Shown here piece after piece: positions 8,847 to 18,734 of a stretch of DNA of 64,000 bases. The position numbers were made by a program, and so were the translations under genes. The stretch spans positions 32,001 through 96,000 of the forward strand of contig CAVVOB010000012.1 of NCBI GenBank assembly GCA_963749655.1, given 5' to 3'. The DNA is from Nitrospirota bacterium (GTDB lineage: Bacteria > Nitrospirota > UBA9217). A model generated the notes under the pieces. That model was given only the letters and a program-made list of their open reading frames with translations. It was not told the origin of the DNA and ran no database searches. The first letter of the stretch is position 1, and each line of letters starts with the position of its first letter.

Positions 8847-9978
8847 TCAGGTTCCGCCGGTCAACATCCTTTCAATGATATCCCAGCACACCCTTCCGCC
8901 CTCGGCTCCGCCGACATTGGTCACGACAACGAGCCCCTTTTTTCGTGCAGGATTGATGGCCATATAAACCAGGAAATTGCCGGCAGAGCCGGCGTGCAGG
9001 TGTAGAGCTTCTCCATTGACGTTCTGAACCCCCCACCCGGCGGCATAGGCTGATTCGAAGGGCCCGCCGGTCATGACCCGTATCTCGTGGAGCTGCACGA
9101 TCATTTGAGCGGTGATTCCCGAGTCATCCTGCCCCATCAAACCGCGAAGATGGAGCTGAACGAACCGTGCATAATCCCGGAGGGTCAAGCTGACGATCCC
9201 GGCCGGAGCGAGCACCTCCGGGATGGACTGATCGATGACCCGTGCAGGCGCGGCAGCTCCCCAATTCGAGGTGTTGCCCACCGGCTGATCAGAACCGAAG
9301 TCCTTGGGAAAGCCAAAATATGCCTTGATGCCCAGGGGGCCGAAGAGCAGTTTGTTCATGGCCTCCTGATAGGAAAGGCCTGTGCGGCGTTCGATGACCG
9401 CTCCCAACGCAGCATAGCCGTTGTTCGAATACAGGTAACGGCCTCTGCGGATCCAGGACGAACCTTGGAGCACCTCGACCAAGATACTGCGTTCTGGACC
9501 CGTGGTACATGCGCAGATCGTCCCACGTGGCAGGGTCTCCGCCCGGCGGAAGTCCTGCCTGATGTGAAGCAAGGTCGCCGAGGGTTACGTCACGGTAGGC
9601 AGAGTCGGCTGTTGCCGCGAACTCGGGGAAGATCTCCAGAAGCCGTGTGTCCCAGGAGAGCGAACCGTCCTGCATGAGCTTCTCCAGTGCCGTAGCCGTC
9701 ATGGCCTTGGTGCAGGAACCGAGCTGATAGAGTGAATCTGCCGTCACCGGACGTTCGCTGTCGAGCCGCGCTTTTCCGACCGGACCATAGGTGACGATAT
9801 CGTCTACGGTGATCTCGGCGACCCCCAGCGACGGCACAAAGTACCGCTCGCGAACGCCCTCCAATATCGGTGCGGACCATGTCCGGCGTCAGCGTCCGAA
9901 ACGGGCCGGGACATCCGCTGACATGAAGGTCAGCGCTCCAATCGCAATCATCTGATAACAGCGTCTCAATGTATTCAT
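8847..9978 (-). CDS. Serine hydrolase (beta-lactamase/S12 family), probable lipoprotein, broken by several indels
   Basis: Fragments in different frames carry SxxK (GSCTKA), LASHQAGL, YSN and HAG; MNTLRR...LTFM/SGC signal peptide spans a frameshift. Confidence 0.75.
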
Positions 9979-9987
9979 TATTCACCC

Positions 9988-10940
9988 TCAGAAAGAAAGA
10001 CTTGCATTTAATCCCATGACTGCGCCGTCGTCAATGGCAAGCTTGTTGTCCTTTGACCCGATCTTTCGGTTGAACTCCCATCCGAGCGAGGCGTTCAGGA
10101 CACGACGGTCCGATGGTCAATATAATAGAGATACGTCCAGTCAAGGCCCGCGCGCTGAGCAGAGTAGGCGACGCTTTTCACATTCGGCCCTTCCAGCCGG
10201 TACGCCCAGCTATTGCCGGCATAGGACAGGCGGAGGATGTTCTGCTCAGTGACTTTATAGGAAATTCCGCCGCCCGTCGACATCGACCAGTCAGGATGGG
10301 GGGAGAAAGCAAAATTGAGCAAGGGGTATCCCACCGTGATTGTCCATCGGTCATGGGTAGTGTTGACGTACTCTACGACGGGGTATATCTGGTCTTCCAG
10401 GGTATCCGTCTGGACATAGGCATACCCGAAGGCCCATGCTATGCCGGGTTCGCGGGAGACTGCGGCCAGGCCGACAAGGTCGAAGGTATCGCGAACGGTT
10501 ATCGACGGGCTGTCGGTCCAGCTTCGATTGCATCGGATTGACTGGCTGAGCGACCAGTCGCCGGAGGTGATGTGCTTGTATACGAGCGCGGCCCCTGCAT
10601 TTTCCAGCCGGTCAGGCATGGCAAAACCGTCAGGCAGAGCGAGTTTTCGATCGAGCTCCCGCCTGCCGTACTGAATGCCGGCAAGCACCTGGTTGCGTTC
10701 GTTGTTCCATATATTGGACGCCGCAAACAGATAGTCAAAGGAAATGCCGGTGTTTTGCCCGTCACTCGTATTCGCGCTGTCGTCTCGTGAACCGCCCGCG
10801 CCGATCATATGAACATCCCTCATAAACGAGGGGTTCGTCGCTGCATCAAAGAAAACATCCGCCCCGGCCGCGCCTGCTTTTGCCATGAGCGCTCCTGAGC
10901 TGAGCAATACTATTGCGATACTACGGATGTACTTGTTCAC
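9988..10940 (-). CDS. Putative outer-membrane beta-barrel protein (frameshift near 10100)
   Basis: Signal peptide and alternating beta-strand pattern; an alternative frame continues VLNASLGWEFNRK...GLNASLSF* ending in the OMP-type terminal Phe. Confidence 0.6.
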
Positions 10941-11199
10941 GGATGTGTTCTCCTCTTTCTGAATATCTGTGATCGCCGATTCCCGGGAGACGGTCCGTTG
11001 GCGGGAATATACTGAATAAACCGGGTCTTGCCATGCGATCTGAATCTGTAATGATTCCGAGTATACCGGATCGGACGGTATACGTCGTCCCGCCCGATAG
11101 GAAGGGAAAACTTTTTTCGTTAGATTTACAACACGTTATGCAAAAAGGGATAAAAACACAATCAGTTGACCGGATATCCGGTTACGTTTCTCAGACCTC

Positions 11200-12428
11200 C
11201 TAAATGGTCTGTTCCGGGCCCTTCTGATTCTTCCTGTACTGAGAAGGAGTCATGCCCGTATTTTTCTTGAAAGCCGAATAAAAAGCATTTTTGGAATTGA
11301 ATCCCGCGTCCATTGCGATCCCGAGGATGGAGAATCGGCCGGATTCGGGCGAGCAAAGCGCTTTTTGGGTTTCCTGGACCCGGTATTCATTGACGAAGTC
11401 AAAAAAACTCTTGCCCAGTTTCCCGTTGATCACCTGAGAAAGATGATGGGAAGATACGTCGAGCATATTCGAGAGCATCGGGAGGGTAAGTTCCATTTCG
11501 AGATAGGGTTTCTTCTTTTTCATAAGGTCGGTGAGTCTGGAGAGGATCTCCCCGGCCTGCTGATCGCTGAGCGAGGATTTTGCATATTTTCCAGTTTCTT
11601 CCGGTTCCCCAGGCCGCATGTGATGTTTCGTCCGGTTTGTCCCGTCGCTGTCCCGTTGTGTCGCCTCATCGGGGGGAAAGAGTTCGGAGGCGGTAAATAT
11701 CTTCGTCTGGCTGATGCCTTTATATCCCATGACGTAAATGATGCCGACAACCGCAAGGTTGTAAATAAAAGCGGCCTGAAGAAATATTCCGTAAATCGGC
11801 AACAGAATGGTGACCAGTAAAAAGATTCCGAGCAGGAACAGGAAAAGAAGGAGAAGGTTCCTGAGCCAGGAAAGATTGATGCGCTCGATGGAGGAATAAT
11901 TCTGTTTGATGGTGCGGGAATGCACTGAGAGCAGACGGAGAGACAGGATGAGGTATCCGGCTATCTGTACGGTGAAGACGAGGACCATGGGATTTGCGAG
12001 GCCGGAGTAATTCTTGAACAAGCTTTGGAGGAGCCACTGGTTCGCTTTAACGTCGGCGTTTAAAAGAAAAAGCGGCGCCAGGGAGGCGGCGAAAATGACG
12101 GCCGGCAGGAAGTGCAATAACACTCTCCATGCTTCGATCCGCTGCCAGGCTTCGTCAAGGACTTGATATAAAAATATGTGAGCGGCCCGTATGCGGCCAT
12201 TAGCGGCCATTGGAGACCGATCAGGGAAGGATACCGGAGATAGTAGTAGGTTACGGACATGAACCCGTCAACGAGCCCGAGGGAGAATACAAGAAGCAGC
12301 AAGGCAAGAAACCAGTTTGCCACGCGGTTCCCGGTCTTCATCCGAGCAAGCAGCAGGGCGAAGAACAGCCCCTGTGCCGCGCCGGCAAGGAGCAGGACGG
12401 AAATCAAGCTGATCGAAGGTGTCTTCAC
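11200..12428 (-). CDS. Membrane-anchored AraC family regulator (multi-TM N-terminus; frameshift near 12140)
   Basis: TM segments with YGPLTYFY and LLHFLP; C-terminal AraC HTH HHLSQVIN...FFDFVNEYRV...GFNSKNAFYSAFKK. Confidence 0.85.
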
Positions 12429-12471
12429 GTGAGCCTCGTTTCGTTCATCAATGTCCTCGTTGTCGTTCGAG

Positions 12472-13014
12472 TTATTTTTCCGAAGCATTACGTGCGGGTT
12501 TCAATTCCAGATACCATGCTGCGATAATCACGATCAGAAGAAGAATCGCCACGCCCAGGCCATGCCTGTCGAGAAATCCGGATGTTATGTAGTATCCCAT
12601 TATCTTCCACCGGCCGTCCTTGTCGGGCGTGAGCATGACGGTCTCGGTCGCGGAATGCAGATTCTGAAATGACGTCTTGAACCGAACAACGGCGCTCTGC
12701 TCTTCGGTCAAGCCCGGGTTATCGTCAATGAAGCTGACGGTATCGATCGTTCTGGTCATGACCCTGCCGAGAGGGCCGCGTATCAACGGCAAAGCGTGCA
12801 CCCATCTGTCCCGGTTGACCGCCGACTGGAACACTTCCGATGCTTCATGCCAGCTTGACGCATAGTCGCCCGCGTCGATGAGCGCGATCCAGTTTTCGGC
12901 AGCGGTGATCGCGGCCTTCTTCGTGCCATCCTCGTCCGCCGCTTCCGTGACGCCGGGAAGGAGCGCGCATACGGCCATGAGTCCGATGATCGTATTTTTA
13001 AAAAGTTTGACCAT
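12472..13014 (-). CDS. DUF4019 domain exported protein
   Basis: AENWIALIDAGDYASSW...R.PLG...FKTSF...ETV...DGRWKIMGYYI plus a C-terminal TM helix. Confidence 0.8.
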   Translation of the reverse strand: MVKLFKNTIIGLMAVCALLPGVTEAADEDGTKKAAITAAENWIALIDAGDYASSWHEASEVFQSAVNRDRWVHALPLIRGPLGRVMTRTIDTVSFIDDNPGLTEEQSAVVRFKTSFQNLHSATETVMLTPDKDGRWKIMGYYITSGFLDRHGLGVAILLLIVIIAAWYLELKPARNASEK

Positions 13015-13143
13015 TATGCAGTGCTGTGAAAAAGGATGGAATGGGCAGTGCCGGATTGCGAAAAATTATATCGGAATTCATCGAGGGAATAAAGAACAAA
13101 AGAAAAAAATCTGCGCGATGGGGGTGCGGATCCGCCGCCGGTT

Positions 13144-15060
13144 TTACGGTTCGGACTTCCCGCCGAACAGTTCTACAATCTTTGCTGTAAGGGCAGACAG
13201 CGAGGGGTCCCGCGCTCCCATGAGAAGAATGCAGTCTCCCGGTCGAGCGTCGGTTTTGAGTCCGGCCAATAATTCGTCGCGGTCCATTACCGCTTGCGCA
13301 CGGAACGATATTGAACCGAGGCCGGCGATGATGTCCTGCGACGAGATGTTCTTTTGCGCCGTACCTCCGGCGTAATATATAGGAAGGAGATAGAGCGAGT
13401 CGTTCTGCCGGAAGATGGCCTGGAACGTGGCGATGTATTCATCTTTCAGGAATCGCGTCGGACCGAACCCGTGGGGCTGGTACAGGGCGATGATGCGCTC
13501 CGAGAGGCCGCGCGCCGCCCGAACAACGGCTGCGATCTTTGCCGGATTGTGGGCGAAGTCGTCGACTACCATCACGTTCCCCTTCGTCCTGGTCACGGAA
13601 AAACGACGGGCCACTCCTTCGTACTGCTGTACCGCATCGGCAAGGGCGGCCTCTTCGCACCCGAAGTGCTCGCACACGCACAATGCAGCGCGGAGGTTCT
13701 CCAGATTATGATCGCCGGGAAGGGGCAGGTGGTATTCCGTACTGCCGCGGAACAGCTTGACCGATCCCGGAAGGAGCTGCTCGTGGTCGGACCGCCATGA
13801 GCCCGATCCGTTGCGGCCGAAGCGCTCATGGGCGGGAAGGGAGGCGAGGACAGGGTCGTCGGCGTTGGACGCGGTCCATGCAGACCGGGAAGCGAGGACG
13901 GAGAAGAGGCTTTTTATCTCGTCAATGGTCTTGTGGTCCTTTGAAACATTCAGGATGACCGCGGCCGCGGGCCGGTATTTCACGAGCGTGCCGTCGCTCT
14001 CGTCCGCCTCGACGACCAGGAACTCGGAGCCGCCGCCGTAGGCATTGCCGATGAGTCCCTGTCTTTCAAGCCTGCGCAGCGCCGCGCCGCTGATGAGGGA
14101 CGGCGACTTCCCGCAGGCAGTCAGAAATTCGAAGATCATGGCCGTCACCGTGGACTTGCCGCTCGTGCCTGCGACGGCGATAGTCGTTCTTGTCTCTATG
14201 ATCGCGCTCAGCACGTCCGAGCGGTGGATAACGGGAATGCCGAGACTGCGGGTAGTTCTGATGTCGGGATTCGATTCCTCGATCGCCGTTGATATGCAAA
14301 CTACATCGATGCCGGCACTGATGCCGGAGCCGTCCTGGGGAACGACGGCGCATCCCAGTCGTTCCAGTGATTGCCGGATGAATGCAGTGTCCCCGCTCGT
14401 GTGAAAACGATCGGAACCCGAGACCGCGATCCCCTGAAAACGCAGGTACTGCGCGAGGGCGCTCATGCCGCTGCCGAACAGGCCGGTGAAATGGATGCTG
14501 CGGCATTGATGCCCGTCGACCATCAGGGCGGGAGGGTCGATATACACAATGGTGCCTTCCGGGACAAGGTCAAACAAGCGGATGACGTCGAGATTGCGCA
14601 TGCAGACGCACCCGTGCGAGAGCGGCGTGCCGACCAGGTCCTCCCGTCCGGTGCCGTGAATATAAATGTACCGCTCGTACGAATCGATGCCCTCGCCTTT
14701 ATTGATCCCTTCCTCCAGGCCTTCGAGACGGAGAATGCGCGTCAGGATCAGATTGTCTCCGGTCTGACTGTGGTCCCAGTCTTCACCCGTATCCTCGCGG
14801 TCCCTGAAAATGCGGCCTGCAGGCGCGCCTGCTCCGTACTTCTCCCTGACCCGGTGGATGCCGAGCGGCGTTTTGAGCGAGTTTTCCCGGTTCCCGTGGC
14901 CGAAACGGGAGGTCGATGCATCATATCGTTCGACAACGGTCTCGTTCTCGCAGACCAGGAGCGTCTGCTTCTCGATGGATACGACGAGATAACGAGCCTG
15001 CGGGAAAGATAACAATGGGCGGAGTTTTTTGTAAATGCGGTTCAGGGGGGTTGGTTCCAT
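13144..15060 (-). CDS. YkuD (L,D-transpeptidase-like) domain fused to MurC/Mpl-like Mur ligase
   Basis: N-terminal TPLG...IYIHGT...SHGCVCM; C-terminal HFTGLFGSGMSALA, GTSGKST, VEADESDG, GVARRF, DDFAHNP, QPH; one uninterrupted 638-aa ORF. Confidence 0.88.
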   Translation of the reverse strand: MEPTPLNRIYKKLRPLLSFPQARYLVVSIEKQTLLVCENETVVERYDASTSRFGHGNRENSLKTPLGIHRVREKYGAGAPAGRIFRDREDTGEDWDHSQTGDNLILTRILRLEGLEEGINKGEGIDSYERYIYIHGTGREDLVGTPLSHGCVCMRNLDVIRLFDLVPEGTIVYIDPPALMVDGHQCRSIHFTGLFGSGMSALAQYLRFQGIAVSGSDRFHTSGDTAFIRQSLERLGCAVVPQDGSGISAGIDVVCISTAIEESNPDIRTTRSLGIPVIHRSDVLSAIIETRTTIAVAGTSGKSTVTAMIFEFLTACGKSPSLISGAALRRLERQGLIGNAYGGGSEFLVVEADESDGTLVKYRPAAAVILNVSKDHKTIDEIKSLFSVLASRSAWTASNADDPVLASLPAHERFGRNGSGSWRSDHEQLLPGSVKLFRGSTEYHLPLPGDHNLENLRAALCVCEHFGCEEAALADAVQQYEGVARRFSVTRTKGNVMVVDDFAHNPAKIAAVVRAARGLSERIIALYQPHGFGPTRFLKDEYIATFQAIFRQNDSLYLLPIYYAGGTAQKNISSQDIIAGLGSISFRAQAVMDRDELLAGLKTDARPGDCILLMGARDPSLSALTAKIVELFGGKSEP

Positions 15061-15120
15061 CAGAAGACGTTCTCCTGATGCAAAATACTGTATTTTGAAA
15101 AAAACGACAAGGGATTTTTA

Positions 15121-15211
15121 AGCAGAGAGCAGAGAGCAGAGAGCAGAGAGCAGAGAGCAGAGAGCAGAGAGCAGAGAGCAGAGAGCAGAGAGCAGAGAGC
15201 AGAGAGCAGAG
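15121..15211. repeat. Perfect heptamer tandem repeat (AGCAGAG)13
   Basis: 13 exact copies counted directly; intergenic, upstream of the YkuD-MurC gene. Confidence 0.97.
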
Positions 15212-15268
15212 AGATTCCACCCTCTGCGCCATGCTCTATGCACTATGCAGAAGTTTTTTCACGACGCA

Positions 15269-15889
15269 TCAGCGCTTCGCCACCCGGTACCGGATGATCG
15301 TATAATACTTCTGCGGATCGCCCTTAAAGAACATCCCCGGTCCTTTCACATATTCCTCCTCGTGGAGTCCGATGATCGTGTAACCGTTCTGTTTTATGAA
15401 TTGGTGAAGTCGTTCGATGGTCGGCGTCTCCTCTGCATAAGGGCCGATGTAGAGGATCTCGGCGACTTCGCCGTATTCCCACGTGGTCAGCTCGACCGTC
15501 AGGCCGGGCTCCTTATTGACTGCAGGGAGCGACGTGACTCCGTCGGGAACGGGCAGTGCATAATATCCGGTCCAGGAGGATTTTACCTTCATATCTCCCG
15601 CCCACCGGGCGCGGGGCGCGGATTGTTCCGGACCTTTTGCGGCACCCTCGATCTTAAAATAGGTTTTGAACAGAAGGCCGAACGCCTTGCTCCCGACAAC
15701 GTTCGGGTCGCCCAGGGCCGTGACGACCAGCATCTTCCGGGCCGGTATCGTCGTTATGCGGGGTTGCTTCAAAAATTCATATTTGGTCAGGTCCGGTCCT
15801 TTGGGCATGAGAAAAAACAGTGAAAGGACTGCGACGACCAGGACTGCGCCTGCTCCGATGATAATTTTCTTCAGCATGATCTCCTCCAC
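15269..15889 (-). CDS. GyrI-like small-molecule-binding protein with N-terminal membrane anchor
   Basis: GDPN, EILYIGPYAEE, HEEEY...GDP...TIIRY. Confidence 0.75.
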   Translation of the reverse strand: MEEIMLKKIIIGAGAVLVVAVLSLFFLMPKGPDLTKYEFLKQPRITTIPARKMLVVTALGDPNVVGSKAFGLLFKTYFKIEGAAKGPEQSAPRARWAGDMKVKSSWTGYYALPVPDGVTSLPAVNKEPGLTVELTTWEYGEVAEILYIGPYAEETPTIERLHQFIKQNGYTIIGLHEEEYVKGPGMFFKGDPQKYYTIIRYRVAKR

Positions 15890-15983
15890 ATGACAATTTT
15901 TTCATCATTCCGAATGACGAAATAACGGTATGCAGCCGTAGTGAATCTGCAGATGACTGGTCGACTTCGGGTTATCGACGCTT

Positions 15984-16862
15984 CTATTCGATCGGCACAT
16001 GGATTTCAGTCCTCAGATTCTCCGGCTTCGTCCTCTGCGGGTCACGGTTCAGGTAGATATCAAAGCACGGCAGGTCCCTGAATTTTTCGCCGCTCGCCGG
16101 ATACCACAGGGCCATGATGGCATCATAGGTTTTGCTGAAATTGCGATAGGGCCCCTCATGAAGAAAGACGGCGTAGCGTCCGCCGGCAATGGTCTGAATG
16201 CCCACGTCTCCTTCAGGCCTGATCGTGCCCTTGAATGTGAGGCAGGCATCATAGCGGATCTTGTCTTCAGGGGTGATGTCGGGGCTGTCGTGAGAAATGC
16301 CGATGGCCTTCGTGTCCCTGCCGATTATGCGGCGGGAATAGGCAAATTTCATAAGCGCGCCCCACGCCTCGGCTGCCGTTTTTGCATAGGGGCCGGTCTT
16401 TCTGACAAAGAGGACACTCTGCTCGGGTAACGTGCGTATCTCGGGTTCCATCGGCTTCACCTTCCTTCCCGGAGGACCGGCGCTGATGAGCCCCCTGTCG
16501 GCAAGAGAATTCGATTTTTTTGATTTTTTATACTCCGTGGGATTCACACCGAAGTGCTGTTTGAAGGCTTTCGTGAAGGCAGCCGGCGTTTCGTAGCCTG
16601 CGGTCAGCGCGATGTCCGTGACCGGTTCCTCGTTGCGGGACAGCTTCTGGGCTGCCCTCTCGAGCCGGACGCGGCGAATGTGCTGGTTGAGCGTTTCTCC
16701 GATGTACGCGGAAAAGATGCGGTGGAAATGAAAGGGGGAGAAGTTTGCGACAGCTGCCAGGGGCGCCAGGGCCAGCGGCCGGTCGATATGCTCCTGGATA
16801 TGGACCAGGACCCGGTTCATGCGTTCCCGATGGTCGTTCAGCGTTTCCGATCTGTTCGTCAT
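15984..16862 (-). CDS. AraC family regulator with C-terminal GyrI-like effector domain
   Basis: FSPFHFHRIF...RLERAA...GYETPAAFTKAFK; HDSPDITPEDKIRYDAC; HEGPY. Confidence 0.93.
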   Translation of the reverse strand: MTNRSETLNDHRERMNRVLVHIQEHIDRPLALAPLAAVANFSPFHFHRIFSAYIGETLNQHIRRVRLERAAQKLSRNEEPVTDIALTAGYETPAAFTKAFKQHFGVNPTEYKKSKKSNSLADRGLISAGPPGRKVKPMEPEIRTLPEQSVLFVRKTGPYAKTAAEAWGALMKFAYSRRIIGRDTKAIGISHDSPDITPEDKIRYDACLTFKGTIRPEGDVGIQTIAGGRYAVFLHEGPYRNFSKTYDAIMALWYPASGEKFRDLPCFDIYLNRDPQRTKPENLRTEIHVPIE

Positions 16863-16985
16863 TATCCGAGTCTACCATGGCTTCGAAATGCGCGCTATTC
16901 CAATCTTGCGAAAATCATTGTAAGCCCTGCAGGCGCTCTAATGCCCGACCGGCCCGGGGAACAGGAACATGACCTGCCGTGTGGT

Positions 16986-17903
16986 TCATGAGCGGTTCCG
17001 ACCTTTGCTGCGTCGGTTTGTCCCTTCGCGACCGGCCGCCTTTCTCTGATATTCCGACGGCGTCAGGTTGAAGGCCTTGTGAAAACAAGTAGAGAGGTAC
17101 GACGGACTGTTGAAGCCGCAGTCGAGGGCTATTTCACTGACCGACTTGTCGCCGGCAAGGAGCAGCTTCTTTGCCCGTTCCAGACGAAGGTCCTGCACGT
17201 ACTCCATGGGCGGCTTGCCCGCTTCCTGCCGGAAGACCCGCGCAAAATGAGACGGCGAGAGGCGGGCGATCGCGGCGAGGACCTCGATCGTGATGGCGGC
17301 ATCGAGGTTGGAATGGATGTATTCCATGGCCCGGCCTACCTCCACCCGGTCCGCCATCCGATCCCGCGCCGCCGGCGCCTTGACGATCGACCGTATCAGG
17401 GAATGACATATTTCAACGGCTAAGGCCGACAGGATAGCATCGGTCCCTGCAATCCCGCTGTCGGACTCGATCATGAATCGTTTGAGGAGCTGCAGCAGCC
17501 CCCGGTCCGGCTGAAAGGAGGAGCAGCGAAAGACGGGCGGCTTTCTGCGGGAATAGAGGCGGTACTGTTGATGGAAAAAATTCCGGTCTATCATTACGGC
17601 AATGTAGCGGGGAGGGACGTCGGAAGGAAGCTCCTGGTGCGGGATGCCGGGGGAAAGGGCGGAGAACATTCCCGGCGCTCCGGGTATTACCCTGGTGTCC
17701 ATTTTCACGGACGTCTGGTCGTCGAAGTGGAGAATGAAACTGTACGCCGGATGGGTATGCTCGGGAGTGAGGGCGTAGAAGCACGACCCGCCCACGGGCA
17801 TGAACAGGGCTATCGTGTCAACAGCGAAGCAGTCCACGTACCGGAGCTGCTCCCTGGTGACTTCACCCACCAGACGGCGAATGGCGGCAAGTTCGTTTTT
17901 CAC
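16986..17903 (-). CDS. AraC family regulator with cupin-like N-terminus
   Basis: HTHPAYSF; LSPSHFARVF...RLERAK...GFNSPSYLSTCF. GTG start at 17903 inferred. Confidence 0.88.
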   Translation of the reverse strand: MKNELAAIRRLVGEVTREQLRYVDCFAVDTIALFMPVGGSCFYALTPEHTHPAYSFILHFDDQTSVKMDTRVIPGAPGMFSALSPGIPHQELPSDVPPRYIAVMIDRNFFHQQYRLYSRRKPPVFRCSSFQPDRGLLQLLKRFMIESDSGIAGTDAILSALAVEICHSLIRSIVKAPAARDRMADRVEVGRAMEYIHSNLDAAITIEVLAAIARLSPSHFARVFRQEAGKPPMEYVQDLRLERAKKLLLAGDKSVSEIALDCGFNSPSYLSTCFHKAFNLTPSEYQRKAAGREGTNRRSKGRNRS

Positions 17904-18073
17904 GGCCCGATTATCGCACAAATATCTCCCTGCTGACAAGCTTCCGGTGAATATAACCTGCGCAATTGAAAAACTGTTGAAATCCCCAACCTGCGCACAA
18001 ACGCACACAAATTTTGGGAAACATGCGATTCTCCCCGCAATGATTCATTATATATATCAACAGGGTATTATGT

Positions 18074-18089
18074 TGGCATGCCATGTGCA
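18074..18089 (+). promoter_or_regulatory. Putative sigma54 promoter
   Basis: TGGCATGCCATGTGCA has correct -24 GG / -12 GC spacing and an AT-rich upstream region. Confidence 0.55.
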
Positions 18090-18212
18090 ACCTTCAGAAA
18101 CAGAAAGCACGATTATTGGTTTTTTTTGTGCCGGCCTGTAAAGACCGGATTAATGTGTCATCGTCCCGAGGCATGCCTCGTTACTATTTCGCGCGACAGG
18201 GGGGGAAGCATC

Positions 18213-18530
18213 ATGGCCAAGAAAAATTGTTGGGATTTCAAGAAATGCGAACGGCAACCCGGCGGCAGGCTGGTCGGCGAACTCGGCATCTGTCCTGCAT
18301 CCACGGAAAAGGCGCTGAGCACCGTTCATGGCGGAGTCAATGCGGGACGGGCGTGCTGGGTCGTGGCGGGCACGTTCTGCGGCGGCGTGGTCCAGGGCAC
18401 TGAAGCGCATAAGCAGCACAATTGCTGGAAATGCGATTTTTTTCAACATGTGAGAAAAGAAGAGGAAGCTGCGCCTGCCGGATTTTCAGGTACCCTGCTC
18501 GGCATGCAGAGGGTCCTTGCAAAAAGGTAG
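18213..18530 (+). CDS. Two-CW domain Cys-rich protein
   Basis: KKNCWDFKKC...GICPA...GRACWVVAGTFCGG...CWKCDFF. Confidence 0.8.
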   Translation: MAKKNCWDFKKCERQPGGRLVGELGICPASTEKALSTVHGGVNAGRACWVVAGTFCGGVVQGTEAHKQHNCWKCDFFQHVRKEEEAAPAGFSGTLLGMQRVLAKR

Positions 18531-18734
18531 CTTCGTCGTTGCGGGGGAGGGACAGTCTGCGCCGGGTACGACGGCAATCCCGCAGTTCCACCTGGCATCC
18601 GTGCATACGCACTCGTAACCGCCGGGTGCAGGCGGGAGGTCGTTATGATTTTGAGTCCCGACAAGTCGGGATGCCGGAGGGGGCTCCACTGACTGCGTCC
18701 GGTGAAGGACTTTACAAGATCAGCGGGAGGGTCG

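Noticed and set aside
15121-15211. CRISPR array
   Set aside because: No spacers and no cas genes; simple tandem repeat.
14921-15232. ORF with LCSLLSA repeats
   Set aside because: It is only the translation of the (AGCAGAG)13 repeat; there is no other coding evidence.
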